A DNA stretch of 64,000 nt from Actinomycetota bacterium (GCA_046728975.1 JBKPFU010000073.1:5095-69094); one strand, 5' to 3'. Positions 10,936 to 20,006 are shown, numbered from the stretch's first letter. The notes: generated from the letters alone by a model not told the origin. Program-made: numbers and translations.

Positions 10936-11279
10936 CAGCCGCGCATCGGCCGGAGCTCCTCGGGGTCCATCGTGCCGGCGTGCCGCTTGCCCAGAATCGC
11001 CAGCGCCAGCAGGAGCGCCGCGACCGTGACGCCGACGACGATGTCCGTGAGCGTCAGCGCCTGGACAACGGGGTCGACCGCCTTCGTTCCCTGCTTGACG
11101 TCCTTGAAGATCGGAGCCGTCCCGCCCTTCACGTAGCCGACGCTCAGGAGCAATACGTACGTCGACGACTGCGTGACCGACAGGCAGACCACGAGGTGGA
11201 TGAAGTTCCGGCTCGTGACGATCCCGAAGATTCCGACGACGAAGATCCAGACTGCGAGGAGGTACGGGAGGTAGCTCAT
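10935..11279 (-). CDS. mrpC: Mrp/Mnh antiporter subunit C (NuoK-like)
   Basis: 114 aa with three TM segments. ATGA overlap with the upstream mrpB stop. Confidence 0.85.
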   Translation of the reverse strand: MSYLPYLLAVWIFVVGIFGIVTSRNFIHLVVCLSVTQSSTYVLLLSVGYVKGGTAPIFKDVKQGTKAVDPVVQALTLTDIVVGVTVAALLLALAILGKRHAGTMDPEELRPMRG

Positions 11280-12016
11280 TTGGGCTTGCCGGCGAGCACG
11301 AACGCGCGCTCTTCGAGGAACTCGCTGAAGACGAGGACGAACGCCGACGCGACCTCGAGCGCTGTCGCCCAGTTGAGCAGCGGGATGCTGCCGCCGGACG
11401 ACAGCTTCCCGGCGACACCGTGGGGCAGGAGGTTGTGGAGGAACGGTGTTCCGAGGAAGAGCGCGATGAGACCGACGGTCACGTAACCGCCGGCTCCGAG
11501 TCCCTCACCGAGGTCTACCACCGGTGTCGGCGTCGAGCGCCGGTAGGGACGGAACGCGCCTGCGAGCCAGAGCAGCAGGAACGCGGAGGCGACGATGACG
11601 CCGCCCTGAAACCCTCCTCCGGGCGTGATCGCGCCGTGCGCGACGACCCACAGCCCGAGCACGAGCGTCGCCGCGGCGAGTGAAATCCCGACCGCACGCA
11701 GCGCGTCGCTGTCGACCGCGTCCGTGAGCTCCGGGACGTCCTCCTCGCGCTGCTCGCGTAGGAGCAACGCGACTCCTGTGACCGCCGCGAACAGGATGAA
11801 GACCTCGCCCAGGGTGTCGAGCCCGCGGTAGTCGAAGACGACCGCCGTGACAACGTTCGTCGCTTGCCGTTCGGGGACCGCGGCCTCGTTCAGGATCCTT
11901 CCGTACTGCCCGCGGTAGTGGCCGAAGTCCGGCAGTCCGGCGGTGCCCCATAGAAGCAGCGCCGCAAGGCCTGCGAGGCCGGCGCCGAGCAGCACAGAGC
12001 GGGCGCGCCTGTTCAC
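11276..12016 (-). CDS. mrpB: Mrp/Mnh antiporter subunit B
   Basis: 246 aa membrane protein. The VTAVVFDYRGLDTLGEVFILF block is typical of MnhB. GTGA overlap with the upstream gene. Confidence 0.8.
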   Translation of the reverse strand: MNRRARSVLLGAGLAGLAALLLWGTAGLPDFGHYRGQYGRILNEAAVPERQATNVVTAVVFDYRGLDTLGEVFILFAAVTGVALLLREQREEDVPELTDAVDSDALRAVGISLAAATLVLGLWVVAHGAITPGGGFQGGVIVASAFLLLWLAGAFRPYRRSTPTPVVDLGEGLGAGGYVTVGLIALFLGTPFLHNLLPHGVAGKLSSGGSIPLLNWATALEVASAFVLVFSEFLEERAFVLAGKPK

Positions 12017-12246
12017 TCCGCGCGGTGGAGCATGATGGCGACCAGCAACACGACCGGGTAGCCGATCGTCCCCACCACGAGCGCCGAGAGCGCCACGTCC
12101 GGCGCCTGGAGCAGGAGGAAAAAGACGACCAGCAGCAGCGAGTAGAGGCTGCTGACCATCGCGAGGCGGACGAGGTCACGCGTCAGGACGACGGCCAATG
12201 CGCCGGCGCCGACGAGCACCGTTGCGACGAGCTGGAGAGCGTTCAC
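12013..12246 (-). CDS. Small MrpA-C-terminal-like / DUF4040-type membrane subunit
   Basis: GTG at 12246 (VNALQLVATVLVGAGALAVVL...) inside ORF 12013..12510. 77 aa with two to three TM segments. GTGA overlaps on both sides. Confidence 0.7.
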   Translation of the reverse strand: MNALQLVATVLVGAGALAVVLTRDLVRLAMVSSLYSLLLVVFFLLLQAPDVALSALVVGTIGYPVVLLVAIMLHRAE

Positions 12247-12578
12247 GGGGCGCCCCTCTCGCGCTCGGCCGGGCTCGACTCGAGCCGGCCGCGCATCTCC
12301 AGCCGGATCACCCTCGCCGTTGCGGTGCCGAGCGCCGAGCCCGCGAGCGCGAGGACGACCGCGATCAACACGGCGGCGAGGCCCTGCGCCGACACGAAGC
12401 CTTCGCGCACGCAGACTGCGGCCGCAAGCAGTGTGGGCCCGAGCGTCGTTCCGGCGCCGGCGTAGTGGAGGCGGTCGATCGCGTTCCGCATCGCAAGGAG
12501 CCCGAGGCACGCGAGGAGCTCGGCGGCGACGCCAAGGCTGACGAGGACGTAGACGGCGTAGTCGCGCGTGGTCGTCAC
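12243..12578 (-). CDS. mrpG: Mrp/Mnh antiporter subunit G
   Basis: GTG at 12578 inside ORF 12243..13112. 111 aa. The LLAMRNAIDRLHYAGAGTTLG block is typical of MnhG. GTGA overlap with the mrpF stop. Confidence 0.75.
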   Translation of the reverse strand: MTTTRDYAVYVLVSLGVAAELLACLGLLAMRNAIDRLHYAGAGTTLGPTLLAAAVCVREGFVSAQGLAAVLIAVVLALAGSALGTATARVIRLEMRGRLESSPAERERGAP

Positions 12579-12829
12579 AGCTTCCGGTCGGCGATGAAGC
12601 GGACGAAGATCAGCGCCGCCACGAAGTTCGTGAACGCGAGCACGAGCGGCAGCGTGTAGTACGAGTTGCGGTGGTAGCCCTCGGAGATCAGAAGCAGCAC
12701 CATCGCCACGATCGTTCCCGCGAGCTCGATGGCGACGAGCGCCTCGAGCAGCGCGCCCCGCATGACGACGTAGCCGCAGGGGACCACCGCCAGCAACAGG
12801 ATCGTCGCGCCGATCAGCCAGACGTTCAT
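12575..12829 (-). CDS. mrpF: Mrp/Mnh antiporter subunit F
   Basis: ATG at 12829 (MNVWLIGATILLLAVVPCGY...) inside ORF 12575..13270. 84 aa with three TM segments. ATGA overlap with the mrpE stop. Confidence 0.75.
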   Translation of the reverse strand: MNVWLIGATILLLAVVPCGYVVMRGALLEALVAIELAGTIVAMVLLLISEGYHRNSYYTLPLVLAFTNFVAALIFVRFIADRKL

Positions 12830-13299
12830 CCCGGGATGCCGGGGGAGGTGCGCCTGGGGTCGAGGTTGTGGCGGAGAGCGACTTCGCGCTCGCAGTCGAT
12901 GTCGACGCCGATCGTGTTCGGGCTGAAGTTCTCGATCGTGATCGCCGCTGCTCGCCGGCCCGCCGACACGCTGTCGTCGCCGCCGGCCGGGAACGGAACG
13001 GCGTCCCAGACGCTGCGCAGGTTGCGCGCACGCAGGAGATGCACAACGAGCGCCCACGCAACGACCGCGAACTCGAAGACGACACGCCAGGGGATCCTGG
13101 CCGCCTTCGCAAGCCACCTGAGCTCGAACGCGAACCCGAGCAGGCCGTGCCGCCGCGCGAGCTCGGCGAAGCTCGCGCCGACCGCGGCGGCGCCTGCTCC
13201 GGCTGCCAGCTCCATCTTCTCGTTCGTCCCCTGCATCACGTCCCACAGCCCGAAGAGGGCGAACCACCACAGCGTCCAGGCCCGCAGCGCGCCGATCAT
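12826..13299 (-). CDS. mrpE: Mrp/Mnh antiporter subunit E
   Basis: 157 aa with N-terminal TM helices followed by a soluble domain. ATGA overlap with the stop of the upstream dehydrogenase gene. Confidence 0.7.
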   Translation of the reverse strand: MIGALRAWTLWWFALFGLWDVMQGTNEKMELAAGAGAAAVGASFAELARRHGLLGFAFELRWLAKAARIPWRVVFEFAVVAWALVVHLLRARNLRSVWDAVPFPAGGDDSVSAGRRAAAITIENFSPNTIGVDIDCEREVALRHNLDPRRTSPGIPG

Positions 13300-14438
13300 G
13301 GGTGGAGCACGACCTTGATGCAGCCGTCGAGCTTCTTCTGGAAGAGCTCGTACGCGCGGGGGGCCTCTGCGAGCGGCAGCTCGTGCGTCGTCAAGTCGTC
13401 CACGCCCAGCGGGTCGTCGTCAGTGAGAAGCGGGAGGATCTCCGGAACCCACCGCTTTACGTTCGCCTGGCCCATCGTGATCGTGACCTGACGGTCGAAG
13501 AGCTCGCCGATCGGCGTGACCGGCACGACCCCGGCGTAGACGCCGACGAGCGAAAGCGTCCCGCCGCGGCGCACCGACCGTCCCGACTGCCAGAGCGCCT
13601 GGAGCCGGTCGGGCACGAGTCTTGTCGTTTGGAGGAACCGCGACACCGGACCTCCTTCGGCCTCCATGCCGACCGCGTCGATCGCGCGGTCGACGCCGCG
13701 CCCGTCGGTGAGCTCGCGCACGATCTCGACCACGTCGCCGACCGAGCCGAAGTCGATCGTCTCGACACCGTGCCGCTCCGCCATCGCGAGCCGTTCCGGG
13801 ACCTGGTCGATCCCGAGCACGCGCTCCGCTCCCTTGTGCAGCGCGATCCGCGCCGCCATCTGTCCAACCGGGCCGAGCCCCCAGACCCCGACCGTCTCGC
13901 CTGGCTCGAGCTCGGCGTACTCAACCGCCTGCCACGCTGTCGGCAGGACGTCGGACAGGAACAGGAAGCGGCTATCGGGCGCGCCGTCCTGTTCCACCTT
14001 GATCGGTCCGAAGTGGGCCATGGGGACGCGGAGGTACTCAGCCTGCGCCCCCGGGACGCCGCCGTACAGGTGCGTGTACCCGAGCAGGCTGGCGCCCTTG
14101 TGCCACTTGTAGTTCTGCGTCGTCTCGCACTGCGAGTAGAGCTGCCGCTCGCACATCCAGCAGGAGCCGCAGGCGATGTTGAACGGGACCACGACCCGGT
14201 CGCCAGGCACGATCTGCCTCACCTCCGAGCCGACCTCCTCCACGACGCCCATCGGCTCGTGCCCGATGATGTCGCCCTCGCGCATCACCGGGCCGAGCTT
14301 CGAGTACAGGTGGAGGTCCGAACCGCAGATGGCTGTCGACGTGATCCGGATGATCGCGTCGGTCGGCTCTCGGAGCTGGGGGTCGGGCACCTCGTCGACC
14401 CTGACGTCCTCCTTCCCGTGCCAGACGACGGCTTTCAT
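13296..14438 (-). CDS. Zinc-dependent alcohol/formaldehyde dehydrogenase (MDR family)
   Basis: 380 aa. CGSDLH and GHEPMGVVEEVG zinc motifs and a GLGPVG Rossmann motif. Confidence 0.9.
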   Translation of the reverse strand: MKAVVWHGKEDVRVDEVPDPQLREPTDAIIRITSTAICGSDLHLYSKLGPVMREGDIIGHEPMGVVEEVGSEVRQIVPGDRVVVPFNIACGSCWMCERQLYSQCETTQNYKWHKGASLLGYTHLYGGVPGAQAEYLRVPMAHFGPIKVEQDGAPDSRFLFLSDVLPTAWQAVEYAELEPGETVGVWGLGPVGQMAARIALHKGAERVLGIDQVPERLAMAERHGVETIDFGSVGDVVEIVRELTDGRGVDRAIDAVGMEAEGGPVSRFLQTTRLVPDRLQALWQSGRSVRRGGTLSLVGVYAGVVPVTPIGELFDRQVTITMGQANVKRWVPEILPLLTDDDPLGVDDLTTHELPLAEAPRAYELFQKKLDGCIKVVLHP

Positions 14439-15439
14439 CGCGGCGCGCCGGCCGTCAGCGGCGGCGTCGGAAGGCGCGCGCCCTCACGGATCCCGTGCAG
14501 GAGCTCGAGGAATGCCTCGCGGGCGTCGTACCGAGGCGTCCAGCCGAGCTCTTCGCGCGCCCGCGTGCTGTCGAGCAGCGGGACCGCAAGCCCCAGGTCC
14601 AGCCACCCCTCGGGTGAGGGTTGGAGATGGAGCCTCCACGTCATCCAGGCGGCCGAGCGCGCGAGCGCGCGTGGCACGCGGACGGGACGCGCGCCGAGCA
14701 GCTCGGCGAGGGTGGCCGGGTCGAGCACCGGCTCGGCCGCGATGTTGAACGCTCCGTGCGCGTCGGTCTTGGCGGCGAGGCGATACGCCTCGCCCACGTC
14801 AGAGGAGTGCACGGCCTGGAAGCGGAGCCCGGGAATCTCGGGCACGAGCCGCAGCAAGCGGCGGTGCGCCAAAACGCGCGGAAACAGGCGTCCCGCGAAC
14901 AGGCGGCGCTGTTCCTCGCCCGATTCGCGCTTGAAGATCAGCCCCGGGCGTAGCCGAACCGTTCGGGTCTCGGGATGCTCCCGCTCGAACCGATCGAGCT
15001 TCCGCTCCACCTCGGCCTTGTGCCGCGAGTAGAAGCTCGTGCGGATTCCAGTCGCCGGCCACGTTTCGCCGACGCGGCGGTCCTTCGGCCCGGGCGCGTA
15101 CACACCGACCGAGGAGGCGTAGACGAGCGACGGCACACCCGCCTCGGCGACCGCGCGGAACACGCGCGCCGAACCGTGCACGTTGATCCGCCAGAGCAGG
15201 TCGAGGTCGTGCGAGGGCTGGATTGCCCAGGCGAGATGGACGACCGCGTCGGCTCCGTCGAAATGCGCTGCGAGCTGATCGCTCGCCACGTCGACCGCGC
15301 GCCACTCCACCTTCGGCAGCTCGAGCGCGGGCAGCCGCCGCGCAAGGCCGAGCACCGAGGCGATGTCGGGGTCGTCGGCCAACCGAGTCAGCAGGCTCGT
15401 CCCGACGTTGCCAGTCGCACCGACGACGACCACTCTCAC
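14435..15439 (-). CDS. NAD-dependent epimerase/dehydratase (SDR) family protein
   Basis: GTG at 15439 (VRVVVVGATGNVG) inside the composite ORF 14435..16372. YSRHK (YxxxK) motif. ATGA overlap downstream and GTGA overlap upstream. Confidence 0.85.
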   Translation of the reverse strand: MRVVVVGATGNVGTSLLTRLADDPDIASVLGLARRLPALELPKVEWRAVDVASDQLAAHFDGADAVVHLAWAIQPSHDLDLLWRINVHGSARVFRAVAEAGVPSLVYASSVGVYAPGPKDRRVGETWPATGIRTSFYSRHKAEVERKLDRFEREHPETRTVRLRPGLIFKRESGEEQRRLFAGRLFPRVLAHRRLLRLVPEIPGLRFQAVHSSDVGEAYRLAAKTDAHGAFNIAAEPVLDPATLAELLGARPVRVPRALARSAAWMTWRLHLQPSPEGWLDLGLAVPLLDSTRAREELGWTPRYDAREAFLELLHGIREGARLPTPPLTAGAPR

Positions 15440-15999
15440 GCGATTCCGAGCTCCTCGACGAGCGTGAAGAACGCCTTGGCGAAGGGCGAGTGCTCCGTCC
15501 GGCGCCGAAGCTCGTCCCAATCGATCTGCTCGCGCAACGGTCGGACCGTCTCGAGCAACGAGTCGTAGTCGAGCTCGTGCTCCTTCAGAGCGAGCAGCTT
15601 GGTCGCGATCACGTCCTCGAGCGAGACGACACGCATTCGGATTGCGGCGACCTCGAGCTCCTCCGCGCGCTCCAGCATCTCGTTGTCGACCTCGATCCCG
15701 CTCGGGTTGAAGAGCAGGTCGATCATGACGTCGCCGTCGAACGCTTTGTAGAGCCACCCCTCTGGCGGCTTTTCCGGACGCATTCCGGCCTGCGCGAGCG
15801 CGTCGAGTGCACGATCGGCGTCCTCGGGCTTGACGACGAAATCGAGGTCGTGGTCGGTCTCGGGGCCGCCGCGCGCCCAGGCTGCGAGGCCGCCTGCCAG
15901 CGCGAACGGAACGTCGGCGTCGCGGAGCGCCGCCGCCGAGCGCTTCAGCGTCTCCAGAAGCTCCTCGAACGGGGGTGTGGCCTTGACCGCCACGTCCAC
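15436..15999 (-). CDS. Nucleotidyltransferase-fold protein
   Basis: ORF 15436..16092. The likely start is GTG at 15999 or 15993. The GGLAAWARGG...DHDLDFVV pattern resembles a minimal nucleotidyltransferase (GG...DxD). Confidence 0.6.
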   Translation of the reverse strand: MDVAVKATPPFEELLETLKRSAAALRDADVPFALAGGLAAWARGGPETDHDLDFVVKPEDADRALDALAQAGMRPEKPPEGWLYKAFDGDVMIDLLFNPSGIEVDNEMLERAEELEVAAIRMRVVSLEDVIATKLLALKEHELDYDSLLETVRPLREQIDWDELRRRTEHSPFAKAFFTLVEELGIA

Positions 16000-16041
16000 G
16001 GCGGTACCCGTGCGGCAACCCGCTGAATCCGTTCCGGTTGA

Positions 16042-16803
16042 ATGTGGCCGATGCCGAGGCCGATCCGCATCGCTGCCGCCGGCGACATCCACTGCAGTCC
16101 GGAAAATCGCGCCGTAGTCGAGCGCGCGTTCGCCGGGATCGAGGACGAAGCCGACCTCGTTCTACTCGCCGGCGACTTGACCACGTACGGCGAGCCGGAG
16201 CAGGCTGCGGTCCTTGCCGAGATCTGCCGGCCGCTCGCGATGCCGGTGATTGCGGTCCTCGGCAACCATGACTGGCACGCAAACCGGCGCGACGATGTCG
16301 CTGCGGCGCTGGAGGGCGGCGGGGTGACCGTCCTCGACCGCGGCTGGACGACCTGCGACCTGGACGGCACACACGTGGGAGTCGTGGGCACGAAGGGATT
16401 CGTGGGCGGCTTTCCGGACGCGTACCTGCCGGACTTCGGCGAGCCGCTTCTTCGCCAGGTCTACGCGGAGACGAGCGAAGAGGTCACGGCGATCTCGGAC
16501 GGCCTCGCGCACATCCGCGACTGCGACTACCGCATCGTCCTCCTGCACTACTCCCCGACGACGACGACGCTCGAGGGCGAGCCGCGGGTGATCTGGGCCT
16601 TCCTGGGAACCGACCGGATGGCACCGCCGATCGCCGAGCACTGCCCCGACGTCGTTCTGCACGGCCACGGCCACCGTGGGCGCTTCGAAGGCTTCATCGG
16701 GGAGGTGCCGGTCTACAACGTCGCCGTGCCCGTAATGCGTCGCGATTTCTTCGTATTCGAGCTGGACGGAGCGGTGCTCAAGGCGGCTGAGCCCGCCGCT
16801 TGA
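16042..16803 (+). CDS. Metallophosphoesterase
   Basis: 253 aa. Motifs AAAGDIH, LAGDLT, GNHD, and LLHY...HGHGH. Confidence 0.8.
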   Translation: MWPMPRPIRIAAAGDIHCSPENRAVVERAFAGIEDEADLVLLAGDLTTYGEPEQAAVLAEICRPLAMPVIAVLGNHDWHANRRDDVAAALEGGGVTVLDRGWTTCDLDGTHVGVVGTKGFVGGFPDAYLPDFGEPLLRQVYAETSEEVTAISDGLAHIRDCDYRIVLLHYSPTTTTLEGEPRVIWAFLGTDRMAPPIAEHCPDVVLHGHGHRGRFEGFIGEVPVYNVAVPVMRRDFFVFELDGAVLKAAEPAA

Positions 16804-16872
16804 GGCCGTGTCGATTTCAGTGCTTGTCGTTCGACGTGTAGGTAGGAACCCCAAACGAGGAGGAGGCGAACG

Positions 16873-17289
16873 ATGCGATTCATGGTGCTTGTGAAGGCGA
16901 GTCCGGAGTCCGAGGCGGGCGACCTGCCGAGCACGGAGGTGCTGGCGGAGATGGGCAAGTACAACGAGGAGCTGGCGAAGGCCGGCGTTATGCTCGCCGG
17001 CGAGGGACTTCAGCCGAGCTCGAAGGGCGCCCGCGTGCGCTTCTCCGGAAGCGAGCGAACGGTGATCGACGGCCCGTTCACCGAGACGAAGGAGCTGATC
17101 GCCGGCTTCTGGCTGTGGCAGGTGAAGTCGAAGGAGGAGGCCATCGAGTGGCTCAAGCGGATTCCGTTCAAGGAGGGCGAGGTCGAGCTCCGGCAGGTGT
17201 TCGAGGCCGACGACTTCGGCGAGGAGTTCACGCCTGAGCTCAGGGAGCAGGAGGAGCGCATTCGCGCGCAGGTCGCCGACAAGCAGTGA
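16873..17289 (+). CDS. YCII-related / DGPF-motif protein
   Basis: 138 aa. Contains IDGPFTETKELIAGFWLW, the DGPFxETKE signature. Confidence 0.85.
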   Translation: MRFMVLVKASPESEAGDLPSTEVLAEMGKYNEELAKAGVMLAGEGLQPSSKGARVRFSGSERTVIDGPFTETKELIAGFWLWQVKSKEEAIEWLKRIPFKEGEVELRQVFEADDFGEEFTPELREQEERIRAQVADKQ

Positions 17290-18563
17290 CCGCATCGGCG
17301 ACGCAGCGCACGATCGAGGCGGTCTGGAGGATCGAGTCCGCGAAGCTGATCGCGGGCCTCGCTCGGATGGTGCGCGACGTCGGCATGGCCGAGGAGCTCG
17401 CGCAGGACGCGCTCGTCGCCGCGCTGGAGCAATGGCCGAAGTCAGGCGTCCCGGACAACCCGGGCGCCTGGCTCATGGCCACAGCGAAGAACCGCGCGAT
17501 CGATCTCCTTCGCCGACAGGAGCGGCTCGAGCGCAAGCACGAGGAGCTCGGGCGCGAGCTTGAGGCCCAGCAGGAGACCGCGGCGCCGGATCTCGACGCC
17601 GCGATCGACGAAGACATCGGCGACGACCTGCTCCGCCTCGTGTTCACGTGCTGCCACCCGGTTCTTTCAACCGACGCGCGGGTTGCGCTGACGCTCCGTC
17701 TCCTCGGCGGCCTGACGACCGAGGAGATCGCGCACGCCTTCCTCGTTCCGGAAGCAACCGTCGCCCAGCGGATCGTCAGGGCGAAGCGGACGCTGGCCGA
17801 GGCGCACGTCCCGTTCGAGGTTCCGCGAGCGGACGAGCTCGAGGAGCGGCTCTCGTCGGTCCTCGAAGTCATCTACCTCGTGTTCAACGAGGGCTACTCG
17901 GCGACTGCGGGCGACGAATGGGTGCGGCCGTATCTATGCGAGGACGCGCTGCGGCTCGGGCGCATCCTGGCCGAGCTCGTTCCGACAGAGCCGGAGGTCC
18001 AGGGGCTGGTCGCGCTACTGGAGATCCAGGCGTCGCGCCTACGGGCGCGGGTTGGCCCTTCGGGCGAGCCGGTCCTGCTGTTCGACCAAGACCGCGCGCG
18101 GTGGGATCATCTCTTGATTCAGCGCGGCTTCGCCGCGCTCGAGCGCGGCGAGGCGCTCGACGGCGTGCTCGGCCCCTACAGGCTCCAGGCCGCCATTGCG
18201 GCGTGTCACGCGCGCGCACGCACCCCAGAGGAGACGGACTGGCCGCGGATCGTCGCGCTCTACGACGCGCTCGCACAGCTCGCGCCTTCGCCGGTGGTCG
18301 AGCTCAATCGAGCGGTCGCCGTCGGAATGGCGTTCGGCCCGGCGGCGGGCCTCGAGCTCGTCGACGCGCTCGAGTCGGAGCCGGCGCTGAAGAGCTACTA
18401 CCTGCTGCCGAGCGTGCGCGGCGACCTCCTGACGAAGCTTGGCCGGTTCGCCGAAGCCCGGGCCGAGTTCGAGCAGGCCGCGTCGCTGACACGAAATACG
18501 CGGGAGCGCGAGCTTCTCGAGCAGCGCGCCCGAGAATCGGCGCTTTCCGTTACGGCTCGCTAG
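17286..18563 (+). CDS. ECF sigma factor with long C-terminal TPR-like extension (ECF42-type)
   Basis: 425 aa. GTGA overlap with the DGPF gene. Sigma2 region AEELAQDALVAALEQWP...NPGAWLMATAKNRAIDLLRR, a sigma4 region, then a ~200-aa helical extension. Confidence 0.85.
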   Translation: MTASATQRTIEAVWRIESAKLIAGLARMVRDVGMAEELAQDALVAALEQWPKSGVPDNPGAWLMATAKNRAIDLLRRQERLERKHEELGRELEAQQETAAPDLDAAIDEDIGDDLLRLVFTCCHPVLSTDARVALTLRLLGGLTTEEIAHAFLVPEATVAQRIVRAKRTLAEAHVPFEVPRADELEERLSSVLEVIYLVFNEGYSATAGDEWVRPYLCEDALRLGRILAELVPTEPEVQGLVALLEIQASRLRARVGPSGEPVLLFDQDRARWDHLLIQRGFAALERGEALDGVLGPYRLQAAIAACHARARTPEETDWPRIVALYDALAQLAPSPVVELNRAVAVGMAFGPAAGLELVDALESEPALKSYYLLPSVRGDLLTKLGRFAEARAEFEQAASLTRNTRERELLEQRARESALSVTAR

Positions 18564-18729
18564 AGCTCGTTTTAGAATGGGGCCTCGTCGTCCGAGTGCG
18601 ATGGGGCGGTGCGAGGCAAGGACGCAGGGAGCGCTCGTATCGATGAGATACGGGCGCGACCGAGGACGCCGCATCGCGCCGCTCCAGCGCGGCCCGGCGG
18701 CACAGCGCTTCATTTTGAAGCGAGCTCTA
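18561..18729. repeat. 19-nt imperfect inverted repeat (16/19) bracketing the space between two convergent genes
   Basis: tagagctcgttttagaatg (18561-18579) versus the reverse complement of cattttgaagcgagctcta (18711-18729). Each arm contains the stop codon of the adjacent gene. Confidence 0.6.
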
Positions 18730-19185
18730 AGCCTCGTTCCCGACGACCTGGACGATCCAGCGGCGATCGCGCTCTCGGTCGAGCTCGAAGAAGAGCACGC
18801 GCTGCCACGCCCCAAGGCAGAGCTCGCCGTCGCGGACGGGAATCGATTCGCCGGCGGGGCCGAGCAGCATCGCCATGCAGTGCGAGTGGCCGTTGCCGAC
18901 CTCCATGTCCTCCGGACAGATGTTCTCGGTGCGGCGATCCCAGTCGTCGTGGGCGTAGTAGGAGTCGTTCGGCACGAGCCGCCGCAGGAGCCGCGTGAAG
19001 TCCTCGAGAAAGCCGCTCTCGAACTCGTTCACGCGGACGCAGCAGGTCGTGTGCGGCGAGTACACGCATGCGATCCCGTCGATGACACCGGACTCCTGGA
19101 CGGCCTCGGCGACCTCGTCGGTGATGTCGCGAACCGTGAGCCCGCCCGCCGTTCGGAGCTGACGCTCGTGCTGAAAGACCTTCAC
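18727..19185 (-). CDS. yjbQ: YjbQ/UPF0047 family protein (secondary thiamine-phosphate synthase-like)
   Basis: 152 aa. The blocks GIACVYSPHTTCCVRVNE and GNGHSHCMAMLLG are characteristic of the family. Confidence 0.85.
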   Translation of the reverse strand: MKVFQHERQLRTAGGLTVRDITDEVAEAVQESGVIDGIACVYSPHTTCCVRVNEFESGFLEDFTRLLRRLVPNDSYYAHDDWDRRTENICPEDMEVGNGHSHCMAMLLGPAGESIPVRDGELCLGAWQRVLFFELDRERDRRWIVQVVGNEA

Positions 19186-19281
19186 GCCCGCCTAGCCTTG
19201 TCCTCGTCGGCCCGCACGCACGGGTCTATTTTGAGGGATTGTGACCGCTACGTCACGTCGAACCGTCAAGTAGCGACGGAG

Positions 19282-19794
19282 TTAGTAGCCGCCGTTGCCG
19301 CCGGACGTTTCGGTCTTCGACTCCGTTTCCGTCTTCATGTTGTCCTCGCCGGTCGTCGTGCCGCCGCCGGCGCCACCGCCGAGGGAGATCGTTCCCTCCA
19401 TGCCCTGGTCTCGATGGCCGTCGACCGGGCAGTACATCTCATAGGAGCCGGACTTCGTGAGCGTCACCCGAACCTCGGCCTCTTCACCCGGCCCGATCGT
19501 GGACGTCTCCTCCTCGACACCCTGACCCTCGACCTCGAGCGCGTGCTCAACGGAGCCGTTGTTCTTCGCCTCGAAGACGTACGTTCCGGGCTTGTCGAGC
19601 TTCACGCTGCTCGGGTCGAGCTTGAACTCTGTTTCCGAGATCACGATCTTCTTGATCGGCGCAGCGCCGCCCTCGGAGGTAGTCGTGTTCTCGGACGTCG
19701 TCGTGTTGCCACCGCCTGCACTCTCGTTGTTCGAGCCGCCGCACCCTGCGGCGAGAAAGGCGGCCGCGAACAAGAGGACGAGGAGCTTCTTCAC
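19282..19794 (-). CDS. Cupredoxin-like lipoprotein
   Basis: GTG at 19794 gives VKKLLVLLFAAAFLAAGCGG (lipobox LAAGC). The C-terminal part has H..C..H..M spacing (YEMYCPVDGHRDQGM), as in type-1 copper sites. Confidence 0.75.
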   Translation of the reverse strand: MKKLLVLLFAAAFLAAGCGGSNNESAGGGNTTTSENTTTSEGGAAPIKKIVISETEFKLDPSSVKLDKPGTYVFEAKNNGSVEHALEVEGQGVEEETSTIGPGEEAEVRVTLTKSGSYEMYCPVDGHRDQGMEGTISLGGGAGGGTTTGEDNMKTETESKTETSGGNGGY

Positions 19795-19884
19795 CGACGT
19801 GAGAATACGGCGTTCCTCGCGAGGTGGATTTTTCAACCGCCCCACAGTTTCGGCGGGTGGAAGGGGCGGTACCCTGGTTGGGGC

Positions 19885-19958
<74 letters not shown>

Positions 19959-19965
19959 TCGTGTC

Positions 19966-19992
19966 CCGGACGAAATCGAAGATTTCGTCCGG
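19966..19992 (+). terminator. Perfect 12-bp hairpin immediately after the tRNA
   Basis: ccggacgaaatc-gaa-gatttcgtccgg. There is no clear U-tract. Confidence 0.45.
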
Positions 19993-20006
19993 ATCGAGCG
20001 AGCTCA

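Noticed and set aside
9115-11418. Single 767-aa protein as listed in the ORF track
   Set aside because: The N-terminal 160 residues are R/G/P-rich nonsense that overlaps mrpC and mrpB in another frame. The membrane protein clearly begins at the ATG at 10935.
14435-16372. 645-aa composite ORF
   Set aside because: Only the C-terminal 334 residues (from GTG 15439) look like an SDR epimerase. The upstream part is antisense or out-of-frame overlap with the nucleotidyltransferase and phosphoesterase genes.
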